Shown: positions 1 to 10,163, counted from the stretch's first letter. The stretch is 32,000 nt of DNA from Aliivibrio fischeri ES114 (GCF_000011805.1 NC_006840.2), one strand, 5' to 3'. The notes: generated by a model from the sequence alone, not told the origin. Made by a program: numbers and translations.

Positions 1-133
1 ATAAATTACTGTCGTTAACTAATTTCGTTGAAGATAGATTGTTTCTAGGTCTATGATGTGCGAAAGTACGTGCGCAAACCGAATTGGTTAACGACACTAA
101 TTTCAACATAAAATATAAATCGGGGTATACACA

Positions 134-391
134 ATGTATTCACAAGACGTAGTAATCACTGCAGAAAACGGCCTTCACACTCGTCCAGCGGCTCAGTTCG
201 TTAAAGAAGCAAAAGGTTTTGATGCAAAAATCACTGTTACTTCTAACGGTAAAAGTGCAAGTGCTACTAGCCTTTTCAAACTACAAACTTTAGGTCTAAC
301 TAAAGGTACTAACGTAACTATCTCTGCTGAAGGCGCACAAGAGAAAGAAGCAGTAGACCACCTAGTTAAACTAATGGACGAGCTGCACTAA
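134..391 (+). CDS. ptsH: Phosphocarrier protein HPr
   Basis: 85-aa ORF; active-site histidine context [11 protein letters not shown] and the regulatory serine region are typical of HPr; followed by ptsI and crr. Confidence 0.97.
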   Translation: MYSQDVVITAENGLHTRPAAQFVKEAKGFDAKITVTSNGKSASATSLFKLQTLGLTKGTNVTISAEGAQEKEAVDHLVKLMDELH

Positions 392-446
392 TCAGCTTTT
401 CTTTATTATTTTCATTCTCTAATTTGATCAATTTTAAGGTAAAGCT

Positions 447-2171
447 ATGATTTCTGGCATTCTAGCATCTCCAGGTATTGCTTTTGGTAAAGCACTACTA
501 CTTCAGGAAGATGAAATTGTCCTAAACAAAACTCCAATCTCTGATTCTCAAGTAGAAACAGAAGTTCAACGTTTCTTTGATGCTCGTAATAAGTCTTCTG
601 AGCAATTAGAAGCTATCAAAGCAAAAGCGCTAGCAACTTTCGGCGAAGAAAAAGAAGCTATTTTTGAGGGGCACATTATGCTTCTTGAAGATGAAGAGCT
701 AGAAGAAGAAATCTTAGCCCTTATTAAAGATGATAAAATGGCTGCAGACTTTGCTATTCACTCTGTAATTGAAGAGCAAGCGTGTGCACTAGAGTCATTA
801 GATGATGATTATCTAAAAGAGCGCGCTACAGATATCCGTGATATCGGTAGCCGCTTTGTTAAAAACGCACTAGGCATCAACATTGTTTCACTAAGTGATA
901 TCAATGAAGAAGTAATCCTAGTTGCTAACGACCTTACTCCTTCAGAAACAGCACAAATCAACCTAGACTACGTTCTTGGTTTTGCTTGTGACATCGGTGG
1001 TCGTACATCTCATACATCTATCATGGCGCGTTCTCTTGAGCTTCCTGCTATCGTTGGTACTAACGATATCACTAAGCAAGTGAAAAATGGCGACATGCTA
1101 ATTCTTGATGCTGTTAACAACAAAATTGTTATCAACCCATCAGAAGCTGAACTAACTGAATCTAAAAAAATCCGTGACGACTTAGTTGCAGAGAAAGAAG
1201 AGTTAGCAAAACTTAAAGACCTACCAGCTATCACTCTAGATGGTCACCAAGTAGAAGTTTGCGGTAACATCGGTACAGTTAAAGACTGTGACGGTATTAT
1301 CCGTAACGGTGGTGAAGGTGTTGGTCTGTATCGTACAGAATTCCTATTCATGGATCGTGATGCACTTCCTACTGAAGAAGAGCAATATGTTGCTTATAAA
1401 GAAGTAGCAGAAGCGATGCATGGTGAACCAGTGATCATCCGTACAATGGATATCGGTGGTGATAAAGATCTACCATACATGGATCTTCCAGAAGAAATGA
1501 ACCCATTCCTAGGCTGGCGTGCGGTTCGTATTAGCTTAGACCGTCGTGAAATCCTACGTGACCAATTACGTGGTATTCTACGTGCATCAGCACACGGTAA
1601 GCTACGTATCATGTTCCCAATGATCATTTCTGTTGAAGAAATCCGTGAACTGAAAAAAGCGATTGAAGAATACAAAGCAGAACTTCGTGCTGAAGGTCAT
1701 GCATTTGACGAAAACATCGAAATCGGTGTAATGGTTGAAACTCCTGCAGCTGCAGCGATTGCACACCACCTAGCTAAAGAAGTGAGCTTCTTCTCTATCG
1801 GTACTAACGACTTAACACAATATACTCTTGCTGTTGACCGTGGTAACGAAATGATTTCTCACCTATACAACCCACTATCTCCAGCGGTTCTGCTTGTAAT
1901 CAAGCAAGTAATCGACGCTTCTCATAAAGAAGGCAAATGGACTGGTATGTGTGGTGAGCTAGCAGGTGATGAGCGTGCAAGCCTACTTCTTCTAGGTATG
2001 GGCTTAGATGAGTTCAGCATGAGCGGTATTTCAATTCCTCGCGTTAAGAAAATTGTTCGTAACGCAACGTTTGCAGATGTTAAGAAGATGGCTGATGAAG
2101 CACTTCAAATGCCTACTGCAGCAGAAATTGAAGCACATGTTGAAAAATTTATCGCAGAAAATACTAAGTAA
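447..2171 (+). CDS. ptsI: Phosphoenolpyruvate-protein phosphotransferase (PTS enzyme I)
   Basis: 574-aa ORF with [12 protein letters not shown] phosphohistidine motif, [17 protein letters not shown] and the C-terminal [10 protein letters not shown] motif. Confidence 0.98.
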   Translation: MISGILASPGIAFGKALLLQEDEIVLNKTPISDSQVETEVQRFFDARNKSSEQLEAIKAKALATFGEEKEAIFEGHIMLLEDEELEEEILALIKDDKMAADFAIHSVIEEQACALESLDDDYLKERATDIRDIGSRFVKNALGINIVSLSDINEEVILVANDLTPSETAQINLDYVLGFACDIGGRTSHTSIMARSLELPAIVGTNDITKQVKNGDMLILDAVNNKIVINPSEAELTESKKIRDDLVAEKEELAKLKDLPAITLDGHQVEVCGNIGTVKDCDGIIRNGGEGVGLYRTEFLFMDRDALPTEEEQYVAYKEVAEAMHGEPVIIRTMDIGGDKDLPYMDLPEEMNPFLGWRAVRISLDRREILRDQLRGILRASAHGKLRIMFPMIISVEEIRELKKAIEEYKAELRAEGHAFDENIEIGVMVETPAAAAIAHHLAKEVSFFSIGTNDLTQYTLAVDRGNEMISHLYNPLSPAVLLVIKQVIDASHKEGKWTGMCGELAGDERASLLLLGMGLDEFSMSGISIPRVKKIVRNATFADVKKMADEALQMPTAAEIEAHVEKFIAENTK

Positions 2172-2194
2172 TAGTATAGTGCAAAGAATTAAAT

Positions 2195-2218
2195 ATAGCC
2201 ACTAAGTTTAGTGGCTAT
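2195..2218 (+). promoter_or_regulatory. Intergenic hairpin between ptsI and crr (possible attenuator or processing site)
   Basis: ATAGCCACTA-AGTT-TAGTGGCTAT, a perfect 10-bp stem with a 4-nt loop, followed by a short T stretch (TT AATATA). Confidence 0.6.
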
Positions 2219-2245
2219 TTAATATAAACTTTAGGGAGCTACACA

Positions 2246-2755
2246 ATGGGTCTGTTTGACAAAATTAAAAGCGCATTTTCTTCTGAAAGCGCTGACGCTG
2301 GTGCAATCGACATCATCGCACCTCTTTCTGGTGAAATTGTAAACATCGAAGATGTGCCAGACGTAGTGTTCGCTGAAAAAATCGTTGGTGACGGTATTGC
2401 TATAAAACCTGCTGGTAACAAAATGGTTGCTCCAGTAAACGGTACAATCGGTAAAATCTTTGAAACTAACCACGCTTTCTCTATCGAATCTAACGACGGC
2501 ATCGAGCTTTTCGTTCACTTCGGTATTGATACAGTTGAACTTAAAGGCGAAGGCTTCACTCGTATCGCTGAAGAAGGTCAAGAAGTTAAAGCTGGTGACA
2601 CTATCATCGAATTCGATCTAGCTGTTCTTGAAGAAAAAGCTAAATCAACGCTTACTCCAGTTGTTATCTCTAACATGGACGAAATCAAAGAGCTTACTAA
2701 GCTTTCTGGTGCTGTTACTGTTGGTGAATCTCCAGTTCTTAAAGTAACTAAGTAA
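2246..2755 (+). CDS. crr: PTS glucose-specific EIIA component
   Basis: 169-aa ORF with EIIA-Glc features ([32 protein letters not shown]); located after ptsHI. Confidence 0.97.
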   Translation: MGLFDKIKSAFSSESADAGAIDIIAPLSGEIVNIEDVPDVVFAEKIVGDGIAIKPAGNKMVAPVNGTIGKIFETNHAFSIESNDGIELFVHFGIDTVELKGEGFTRIAEEGQEVKAGDTIIEFDLAVLEEKAKSTLTPVVISNMDEIKELTKLSGAVTVGESPVLKVTK

Positions 2756-2789
2756 TCTTTAATAGATAACTTTAGTTAATTAAAGACAA

Positions 2790-2829
2790 AAAAAGGCCGC
2801 TGTTTTCTAAAGATAACAGCGGCCTTTTT
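2790..2829. terminator. Bidirectional intrinsic terminator between crr and the peroxidase gene
   Basis: AAAAAGGCCGCTGTT ... AACAGCGGCCTTTTT, 15-bp inverted repeat with T-tract on both strands. Confidence 0.9.
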
Positions 2830-2893
2830 GTATCTATTCGGCTAATAATAGTAAGTACCATTAACGTCAACAATACTTACTTTAACCCATAAT

Positions 2894-3799
2894 TTATTTA
2901 ACAGTCAGCTCTGCAAACATTTCTTGTGATGGAGTAAAGAAATAGCCGCCAGTTACTGCATCTGTAAAACGTAATAGTTGATCAGTTTTCCCATCAACTT
3001 CTCCGTACATGCTATCAAGCATTACTTGGAAATTATGAACCGTTTTACAGTAAGCAATAAACAGTAAGCCATGGTCGCCAGAAACCGAGCCATAAGGCAA
3101 GCTGTGGCGTAAAATCTTCACACCCTTACCGTTTTCCTTAATATCAACGCGACCTACGTGTGAGGCTGCTGGAACATCATCTAACTCGATTGAATCTGGT
3201 TTCGTACGGCCAATAACCTTTTCCTGTGCAGAAACAGACAAACGGTTCCATGCTGGTAATTTATGTACAAAGCGTTGGCACATCATATAACTACCGCCAG
3301 CAAACTCACCATCAGCAATCAATGCAACTTCAGCGCGAGCTTCATTTTTTGGATTCTCTGTACCATCAACGAAATCCGTCATATCGCGTGAATCAAGGAA
3401 ACGAAAGCCCGATACTTCTTCTTTAATTTCTACATGCTCAGAAATCACATTCATTAATTTACGTAAGATATAAAAATGTAAATCATGACGATTTGAGTGA
3501 AGGTGAATTAATACATCACCATGTGTTGCAGGGGCAATAATATCGCCTTTTCCTAATTGCTTAAATTTAGCCAATTCAGAAGGCATAGGTGCAGATAACG
3601 TTGACCAGAATTCAGCACCAAAAGAAACTGCGCTACTTAAGTTCGCGTCTGGCTGATTTTCATTTAATTCAATGATCAAAGCGGGAAGCGTTTGCAGCTG
3701 TTCCAATACAAGCTGAGGATTACTTTTAATATTTAATGTAACGTATAATGCAAATCGATCTGGTTCTGGCAGTAAAGCCGTTTGAGGAGTGTAAGACAT
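2894..3799 (-). CDS. Dyp-type (dye-decolorising) heme peroxidase, YfeX-like
   Basis: 301-aa ORF with FVDGTENP (GXXDG-like) and HVGRVDIKENGKGVKILRHSLPYG motifs of Dyp-type peroxidases; no signal peptide. Confidence 0.92.
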   Translation of the reverse strand: MSYTPQTALLPEPDRFALYVTLNIKSNPQLVLEQLQTLPALIIELNENQPDANLSSAVSFGAEFWSTLSAPMPSELAKFKQLGKGDIIAPATHGDVLIHLHSNRHDLHFYILRKLMNVISEHVEIKEEVSGFRFLDSRDMTDFVDGTENPKNEARAEVALIADGEFAGGSYMMCQRFVHKLPAWNRLSVSAQEKVIGRTKPDSIELDDVPAASHVGRVDIKENGKGVKILRHSLPYGSVSGDHGLLFIAYCKTVHNFQVMLDSMYGEVDGKTDQLLRFTDAVTGGYFFTPSQEMFAELTVK

Positions 3800-3881
3800 G
3801 AACTCAGTTCCTTTCTATTTTGAATTAACTGAGTCCATTATATGCAATAAAACATAAGATTGTTTGATAAAAAATAAGAGT

Positions 3882-4274
3882 TTATGAAGAAATTACTTCC
3901 ACTGAAAGTTTCACTGTTTCATTTACTGATGAATCAGAGACCATATATGACTCCTGATTATTTAACTTAGTAATAATCGTTGGCGCACATAATGTTCTGA
4001 TCTTACCTTCTCCCTCTTCTTCTGTTACTCGAAAAGCGATTTCTACATTTTCAGCATCAATATTTTTTAGCTCAGCCCAAGCCTGCACTTGAGATTGCTT
4101 ATCTATTGAATTGAAAACTAACGTTTCTTCACCTAAAACAAGAGAAGCTGATGAATTTGTTATGCGTTGTAAATCTGGTCGATTAATCTCAACCCCTAAA
4201 TCCAATTGCCAATCCGCCATTGCTAGCGGGCTTAATAACGCACTAAATAATAATGCACCTGTTGATAGATCCAT
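3882..4274 (-). CDS. Hypothetical exported protein
   Basis: 130-aa ORF with hydrophobic N-terminal signal-like segment (LLFSALLSPLAMA); upstream GAGGGGG ribosome-binding site. Confidence 0.6.
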   Translation of the reverse strand: MDLSTGALLFSALLSPLAMADWQLDLGVEINRPDLQRITNSSASLVLGEETLVFNSIDKQSQVQAWAELKNIDAENVEIAFRVTEEEGEGKIRTLCAPTIITKLNNQESYMVSDSSVNETVKLSVEVISS

Positions 4275-4290
4275 TGTCTGCCCCCTCTCA

Positions 4291-4740
4291 TTAAGTCAGA
4301 CTAAAGCATATCTTTACTCGTTTACTGCGACATAAAAATATAAGAAACCAGCTAAGAAGTAAGATAATCATTGCACTTCCTGGCTGAAACTCTCCTCGAT
4401 TAACAATAACCGATTGAATTAACATTGAAAGGTCAATTAAAACCATCACAATGGTTAGCCACCGTCCTTGCTTCCAAAGAGTCAGCATAAAAGGCCGTGT
4501 GGGCTTTTTGAAACTGCTTAGCCACATATAAAACAATATAGGTAGACTTAAGCATAAACTCGTATACAAATGCGCATGGCTAGGATAAAACAAGGCTAAT
4601 AAATCGGTGCCTTGTTCTCGACTCGCACCAGCCATAACAAAAACTACAACAGAACGAATTAAAATCGCCCATCCAAACCACAACCAAACAGGTGGCTTTA
4701 ACCACCCATGTTCATCATATGCATCAAAAGAATACTGCAT
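4291..4740 (-). CDS. Multi-pass membrane protein, DUF2919 (YfeZ)-like
   Basis: 149-aa ORF with several hydrophobic helices and the N-terminal pattern YDEHGWLKPPVWLWFGW; family recalled, not searched. Confidence 0.7.
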   Translation of the reverse strand: MQYSFDAYDEHGWLKPPVWLWFGWAILIRSVVVFVMAGASREQGTDLLALFYPSHAHLYTSLCLSLPILFYMWLSSFKKPTRPFMLTLWKQGRWLTIVMVLIDLSMLIQSVIVNRGEFQPGSAMIILLLSWFLIFLCRSKRVKICFSLT

Positions 4741-4944
4741 ATTTCTACCTTAAAATTAACTAACAACTTTCTCAGTAGACTTGTTCAGCTTACTGAAATG
4801 TTTAAAAATAACGATTGGATAAAATTAAAACTTTGAGCTAGATACACCTCAAAGATCAAAATCTATATTGCCGTCACACTTTGTATCGTTTACCTTTCAG
4901 TAATGTGTGAATATAAACTCAAATAAGAATAGTTAAGAGCAAAT

Positions 4945-5304
4945 ATGACAAACTACAAAAAAACAAAAGATTCCGTATCAATCGAGTCTCAACAAGAAGC
5001 CATGAAGATAGCTAAAGCTACACAAAAACCAGCTCAAACAAAAGAGCAAACTAAATTGATTGCGCAGGGAATCGAAAAAGGCATTGCTCTTTATAAGAAA
5101 CAACAGAAGGAAAAGGCAAGAGAAGCGGATAAACAAAAGAAAAAAACACAGCGAACCAAGCAAAATAACGTAAAATTATCCGATATAGAAGATAAACAAG
5201 CACAACAAGAATACATTAATAACGAATCAAACAAAGCGCTACCATGGATCTTACTAGCCGTCAGTTGGGCCGCCTTCATTTATTATACGGTTTTAGGATT
5301 CTAA
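4945..5304 (+). CDS. Small Lys/Gln-rich protein with C-terminal transmembrane helix, DUF2956-like
   Basis: 119-aa ORF, charged N-terminus and C-terminal helix ALPWILLAVSWAAFIYYTVLGF. Confidence 0.65.
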   Translation: MTNYKKTKDSVSIESQQEAMKIAKATQKPAQTKEQTKLIAQGIEKGIALYKKQQKEKAREADKQKKKTQRTKQNNVKLSDIEDKQAQQEYINNESNKALPWILLAVSWAAFIYYTVLGF

Positions 5305-5330
5305 TCCCCCCAAACTTCGACATATAAAAA

Positions 5331-5357
5331 AGAGATGGGCATATCATACCCATCTCT
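5331..5357. terminator. Intrinsic terminator downstream of the nap cluster (convergent ends)
   Basis: AGAGATGGG-catatcata-CCCATCTCT; on the minus strand it is followed by TTTTTTATAT. Confidence 0.8.
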
Positions 5358-5389
5358 CTATTCATCGAGTTGATTCGTAATTTAAACGA

Positions 5390-5521
5390 TTACTCTTTAT
5401 CTGATTTCAATGACAATAGCCAAATTGAAAACACAGATACCGCAGCAAAACCGCCTAGAATAATAGCTGGCATCGCAGCGTAACCTAGAGTATGCCAAAT
5501 CACTGATTCTAATGTACTCAT
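5390..5521 (-). CDS. 43-aa single-pass membrane peptide encoded after napC (TIGR02808-like short protein)
   Basis: Translated by hand: MSTLESVIWHTLGYAAMPAIILGGFAAVSVFSIWLLSLKSDKE*. Shine-Dalgarno TAAGGAGA upstream, start 9 nt after the napC stop. Absent from the supplied ORF track. Confidence 0.8.
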   Translation of the reverse strand: MSTLESVIWHTLGYAAMPAIILGGFAAVSVFSIWLLSLKSDKE

Positions 5522-5530
5522 GCTATCTCC

Positions 5531-6106
5531 TTACCAACCTTCAATGCCAGACATATCAGGCAATTTATGTGCGATACCTTTATGACAATCTACACACGTT
5601 TTTTCACCTGATGCTAACGCCGTTGAGTGTTGTTTCGCACTACGTGGGCCTTGCTCTGAGAAATCCATATAATCAAACTCATGACAATTACGACATTCTT
5701 GAGAGTTGTTTTCTTTCATTCGATGCCATTCACGCTCAGCTAAATGCGCTCGACGCTCTTTAAACTTCTCTTCAGTATCAATCGTTTTTGTCACATAGTG
5801 AGCAAAGAGCTCTTTCGATGCCTGTACCTTACGTACAATCTTATCTGTCCAGTTATGTGGAACGTGACAATCAGAACAGATAGCACGTACACCTGAACGG
5901 TTTGAATAGTGAATCGTCTCTTGGATTTCTTTAACAATTGGTGCGTGACAACCAGAACAAAACTCTTCTGTATTGGTTGCTTCCATACCAGTGTTAAATG
6001 CGCCCCAGAAAAGCAAGCCGCCCATAAAGCCCATAAATAGAACAATGCCTACTGCAGCTTTACTAGGAGACGAAAAACGCTTCCAAAATGCTTTTAATAA
6101 TTTCAT
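5531..6106 (-). CDS. napC: Tetraheme c-type cytochrome NapC
   Basis: 191-aa ORF, N-terminal TM helix, four CXXCH motifs (CSGCH, CSDCH, CRNCH, CVDCH), NapC/NirT-like. Confidence 0.95.
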   Translation of the reverse strand: MKLLKAFWKRFSSPSKAAVGIVLFMGFMGGLLFWGAFNTGMEATNTEEFCSGCHAPIVKEIQETIHYSNRSGVRAICSDCHVPHNWTDKIVRKVQASKELFAHYVTKTIDTEEKFKERRAHLAEREWHRMKENNSQECRNCHEFDYMDFSEQGPRSAKQHSTALASGEKTCVDCHKGIAHKLPDMSGIEGW

Positions 6107-6138
6107 GTATAGCCTCTCTTAACTTTATTGGCTATCGA

Positions 6139-6612
6139 CTAGCGCAATGAGTCCACACGTTCAAATTCGTTCTCTACTAGTGGTTTTGCATCCGCTTGAG
6201 GAACGTGACATTGCAGACAGAAGTAACGACGAGGAGATACATCAGAAAGCACTGCATCTTCACGGTTTACGTAATGAGTCACACTAATCTTAGTTGCCCC
6301 CATTTCTTTTGCATTTTTCCAACTATGACAAGACAAACACTTATTGGCATTCAACGATACTTCATAGTTACGAATCGTATGAGGAACCAAAGGTGGTTGA
6401 TATACATAGTCACTATCTAAAGCGTGGTCACGTGGAAAACGCTTAAAATCATCCGCTGGACGTGTCGCTTCTAACTCTGAAGCACCACGTAATGACTCAA
6501 CACCACCAATACCACCTGGGTTATGCAGTTCAGAACCTTGTTCTGCTTCTGCTTGTACTGCGCCAGTGAACAATAGTCCTGCTGACATAAGCGCTATAAT
6601 GAACTTTTTCAT
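6139..6612 (-). CDS. napB: Periplasmic nitrate reductase diheme cytochrome c subunit
   Basis: 157-aa ORF with signal peptide, two CXXCH motifs (CLSCH, CLQCH), adjacent to napA. Confidence 0.95.
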   Translation of the reverse strand: MKKFIIALMSAGLLFTGAVQAEAEQGSELHNPGGIGGVESLRGASELEATRPADDFKRFPRDHALDSDYVYQPPLVPHTIRNYEVSLNANKCLSCHSWKNAKEMGATKISVTHYVNREDAVLSDVSPRRYFCLQCHVPQADAKPLVENEFERVDSLR

Positions 6613-6687
6613 TCTAATTTCTCCGCCTTAAGGCAAACTCTAAAACAAGTCACTAGCCAGTAGACTAGCAACTCATCAATTTATTAA

Positions 6688-9177
6688 TTAAGCAATTTTA
6701 GTGATTTTAACTGGACACTTCTTAAAGTCTGTCTGCTTAGATAGCGGATCAGTTGCGTCTAGAATCAACTTGTTAATTAAGATGCGAGCATCAAAGAATG
6801 GTACGAATACCAATCCTTCTGGCGGACGGTTACGGCCACGAGTTTCAACACGAACTCGTACTTCACCACGTTTGTTTGAGATTAGAACTTCATCTCCACG
6901 ACGTAAATTACGTTTTTTCGCATCTGCTGGGTGGATATAACAAAGCGCATCAGGAACTGCTTTATACAGCTCAGGAACACGACGAGTCATAGTACCTGTA
7001 TGCCAGTGTTCAAGAACACGACCAGTACATAACCACATATCAAACTCATCATTTGGCACTTCAGGTGGCGCTTCATATGGTGCAGAGATAATTAAGGCCT
7101 TACCATCAGGTTTACCGTAGAAATCCCAGTCTGATCCTTTCTTCGCATATGGATCTGAACCTTCTTTAAAGCGCCATAGCGTTTCTTTACCATCAACAAC
7201 AGGCCAGCGTAAACCACGCACTGTGTGATAGGTATCGTACGGTGCTAAATCGTGTCCATGGCCACGACCGAAGCTTGCATATTCTTCAAACAGACCTTTT
7301 TGAACATAGAAGCCTTGAGCTTTAGCATCATCATTAAGCTCTTGCGCTTCTGATAATGGGAAGGCATCAACTTGACCATTTTTGAACAAAATGTCATACA
7401 TTGTTTTACCACGGTATTCAGGCGCTTTTGCTACTAGCTCTTCGCCCCACACTTCTTCAACTTTGAAGCGTTTTGAGAACTCCATGATTTGCCATAAATC
7501 TGATTTTGCTTCGCCTTTTGCTTGTACTTGTTGATACCAAGCTTGAGTACGACGCTCTGCGTTACCATAAGCACCTTCTTTTTCTACCCACATTGCGGTT
7601 GGTAGAATCAAGTCAGCCGCTTGTGCAGTTGCTGTTGGGTATGGGTCTGAACATACAATGAAGTTTTCAGGATTACGATAACCTGGTAGACGTTCAGTGT
7701 TAATATTTGGACCAGCTTGCATGTTGTTATTACACATAACCCAGTAAGCATTGATCTTGCCATCTTTTAGCATACGGTCTTGAACAACGGCATGAGCTCC
7801 AGGCTTACCATTTAGAGTACCTTCAGGTAGTTTCCAAATTTTCTCAGAGATAGCACGGTGTTTAGGGTTAGCAACCACCATATCAGCAGGTAGACGATGC
7901 GAGAACGTACCAACTTCACGAGCAGTACCACATGCAGATGGTTGACCTGTAAGAGAGAATGGGCTGTTACCAGGTGTTGCGATTTTACCTGTAAGCAAGT
8001 GAATGTTATAAACAAGGCTGTTCATCCAAACACCACGAGTATGTTGGTTCATACCCATTGTCCATAAAGACATTACTTTTGTTTTTGGATCTGCATATTG
8101 TTTAGCTAGAGTAATCAGATCTTCTTCCGATACGCCTGACATTTCAGATGCTTTTTGTGCCGTATAAGGAGCTACTGATTTTTTATACTCTTCAAAGCTA
8201 ATTGAAGACATTGCACCTGAGTTAGGGTTTGCCGCTTCCATTTGAAGAGGATCATCATCACGTAAACCGTAACCAATATCCGTCGTCGCTTGTTTGAAGT
8301 TCGTATGTTTATTAACGAAATCCCAGTTAACTGCATTATTTTGGATAATGTAGTTAGCAATGAAGTTAGCAATAGCAAGGTCAGATTGAGGTTCAAAAAT
8401 ATAGCCTTTATCTGCTAATTCAAATGAGCGATGGTAGTACGTTGATAATACATTAACTTTTACATGAGGATGACTTAAACGACGGTCTGAAATGCGAGTC
8501 CATAATACTGGGTGCATTTCTGCCATGTTTGAACCCCACAGAACAAACGAGTCTGCGTTTTCAAAATCATCATAACAACCCATAGGCTCATCGATACCAA
8601 ATGTACGCATAAATGCACCTACAGCAGATGCCATACAGTGACGAGCATTCGGATCAATGTTGTTTGAACGGAAACCCGCTTTCATCAGCTTAACCGCTGC
8701 ATAGCCTTCCATTACTGTCCACTGACCAGAACCAAACATACCAACACCTGTTGGACCATGTTTTTTCAGAGCCGCTTTCCATTTTTCAGCCATGGTATCT
8801 AGAGCAACATCCCAAGATACAGGAGCAAAGTCACCATCTTTGTTATATTGGCCGTCTTTCATACGCAACATTGGCGTTTGAACACGATCTTTACCGTACA
8901 TAATCTTAGAAAGGAAATAACCTTTAATACAGTTAAGACCTTTGTTTACAGGTGCTTCAGGATCACCTTGAGTAGCGACTACGCGACCATTTTGAGTACC
9001 AACAAGTACTGAACAACCTGTACCACAAAAACGACAAGGCGCTTTATCCCATTTAATTTTTGTTTGGTCAGAACTAACGATTAAATTTGTTGCTGAAGCA
9101 GGCAGCGTAACCCCTGCAACAGCTGCAGCCGAAGCTGCTGCGTTTGCTTTAACAAACGCACGTCTTGTCATTTTCAT
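6688..9177 (-). CDS. napA: Periplasmic nitrate reductase catalytic subunit
   Basis: 829-aa molybdopterin oxidoreductase; Tat signal [14 protein letters not shown]; [4Fe-4S] motif [13 protein letters not shown]...GLNCIKGYF. Confidence 0.98.
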   Translation of the reverse strand: MKMTRRAFVKANAAASAAAVAGVTLPASATNLIVSSDQTKIKWDKAPCRFCGTGCSVLVGTQNGRVVATQGDPEAPVNKGLNCIKGYFLSKIMYGKDRVQTPMLRMKDGQYNKDGDFAPVSWDVALDTMAEKWKAALKKHGPTGVGMFGSGQWTVMEGYAAVKLMKAGFRSNNIDPNARHCMASAVGAFMRTFGIDEPMGCYDDFENADSFVLWGSNMAEMHPVLWTRISDRRLSHPHVKVNVLSTYYHRSFELADKGYIFEPQSDLAIANFIANYIIQNNAVNWDFVNKHTNFKQATTDIGYGLRDDDPLQMEAANPNSGAMSSISFEEYKKSVAPYTAQKASEMSGVSEEDLITLAKQYADPKTKVMSLWTMGMNQHTRGVWMNSLVYNIHLLTGKIATPGNSPFSLTGQPSACGTAREVGTFSHRLPADMVVANPKHRAISEKIWKLPEGTLNGKPGAHAVVQDRMLKDGKINAYWVMCNNNMQAGPNINTERLPGYRNPENFIVCSDPYPTATAQAADLILPTAMWVEKEGAYGNAERRTQAWYQQVQAKGEAKSDLWQIMEFSKRFKVEEVWGEELVAKAPEYRGKTMYDILFKNGQVDAFPLSEAQELNDDAKAQGFYVQKGLFEEYASFGRGHGHDLAPYDTYHTVRGLRWPVVDGKETLWRFKEGSDPYAKKGSDWDFYGKPDGKALIISAPYEAPPEVPNDEFDMWLCTGRVLEHWHTGTMTRRVPELYKAVPDALCYIHPADAKKRNLRRGDEVLISNKRGEVRVRVETRGRNRPPEGLVFVPFFDARILINKLILDATDPLSKQTDFKKCPVKITKIA

Positions 9178-9458
9178 GATTCATCCTCACATTGCGAATC
9201 AAAGTGCTCGATTTGGTGAAATACTAAAGCGACATTTAGTACGTCTTCGAAGTCATTTATTTTATCGATTGAATCGGTGATATATCCTTGGTTTTCAGTT
9301 TCAAGAACAACAATAATCTTGCCCTCTTCACTTTCTCCATATATTTCCGTATTCGGCAGTGCTAATATCTTTTCTTTTGTTATTTCCAGTGACTCAGGTC
9401 TTACATGAACCACTAAGCTTGAAATATGAACTTCATTTTCAGGCAAATTCTCTAACAT
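9174..9458 (-). CDS. napD: NapA maturation chaperone
   Basis: 94-aa ORF ([14 protein letters not shown]...) overlapping the napA start; NapD-like sequence and position. Confidence 0.93.
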   Translation of the reverse strand: MLENLPENEVHISSLVVHVRPESLEITKEKILALPNTEIYGESEEGKIIVVLETENQGYITDSIDKINDFEDVLNVALVFHQIEHFDSQCEDES

Positions 9459-9976
9459 GATGTGCTATCTTCCAGTGTCATGCTGATAGCAGATGTAGGG
9501 CAAACAGCAACACAGCCACCACATCCATTACAGGCATCAAAATTAATTTTAGGTTGAGCTACGCTGCCCAACTGAAGTTGAAAGCGAATGGCTTGTGTTT
9601 CACACATATCGCTACAACTTCGACATTCCACAGATTTTTTCGCTAAACAGTTTTCATTTATAGATATTTTATGAGAGAAAACAGGCTCAGCCGTTAAATC
9701 AAATAAAGCTTCAGGGCAGCTATTTGCACAGCCTTCACAAAAAGTACATTCACCTTTTGTAAAATCGACGATAGGAAACCCACCATCCCCTTTAACAATA
9801 ATATTTTCTTCGCATGCATTAATGCACTTTTCACATCGAGTACACTTTGACGTAAAAACTGATTCATTTTCTACCCAAGGCAATCGCTGTTGTGTTAACG
9901 GATTTATTTTTTTTTGAGAAGATAAACGGCGAAAAAATCCTCGCTTAGAATGGTCAATTGCATTATCTTGACTCAT
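9452..9976 (-). CDS. napF: Ferredoxin-type protein NapF
   Basis: 174-aa ORF with Cys clusters CTRCEKCINAC, CTFCEGCANSC and CNGCGGCVAVC; first gene of the nap operon. Confidence 0.93.
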   Translation of the reverse strand: MSQDNAIDHSKRGFFRRLSSQKKINPLTQQRLPWVENESVFTSKCTRCEKCINACEENIIVKGDGGFPIVDFTKGECTFCEGCANSCPEALFDLTAEPVFSHKISINENCLAKKSVECRSCSDMCETQAIRFQLQLGSVAQPKINFDACNGCGGCVAVCPTSAISMTLEDSTSC

Positions 9977-10047
9977 CTATTCATAACCTCAGTTATTCAT
10001 TAACATTTTTATATGTTGAATTTTAAATTTTGTCATATTTATTGATA

Positions 10048-10063
10048 TACCCCATAATGGTTA
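10048..10063. promoter_or_regulatory. Candidate NarP/NarL 7-2-7 site
   Basis: TACCCCA-TA-ATGGTTA, close to TACYYMT-N2-AKRRGTA with one mismatch per half-site. Confidence 0.5.
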
Positions 10064-10077
10064 AACATAGGTAAATT

Positions 10078-10091
10078 TTGTTTTAGATCAA
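10078..10091. promoter_or_regulatory. Candidate FNR-type box
   Basis: TTGTT-TTAG-ATCAA matches TTGAT-N4-ATCAA at 9 of 10 conserved positions. Confidence 0.6.
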
Positions 10092-10163
10092 TTTTTAAAA
10101 TAAATAAAAACAACAAAATAGATCCCATTTGCTTCTTTTAATCATAGGTCACAATTAACAAAC

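Noticed and set aside
1-133. Possible upstream gene end or CRP site before ptsH
   Set aside because: No supported coding frame; GTGCG repeats (60-80) are too far from the TGTGA-N6-TCACA consensus to call.
1010-1675. Minus-strand ORFs inside ptsI (1010..1234, 1394..1675)
   Set aside because: Opposite-strand shadows of a highly conserved coding frame; no recognisable protein or independent start signals.
2231-2581. Minus-strand ORFs overlapping crr
   Set aside because: Antisense shadows of crr, low-complexity-like translations without family features.
4978-5279. Cys/Phe-rich minus-strand ORFs opposite the 119-aa plus-strand ORF
   Set aside because: They mirror the A-rich Lys/Gln codons of the plus-strand gene; no RBS or family support.
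6196-8396. Several ORFs on both strands inside napB and napA
   Set aside because: Shadow frames of confidently assigned nap genes.
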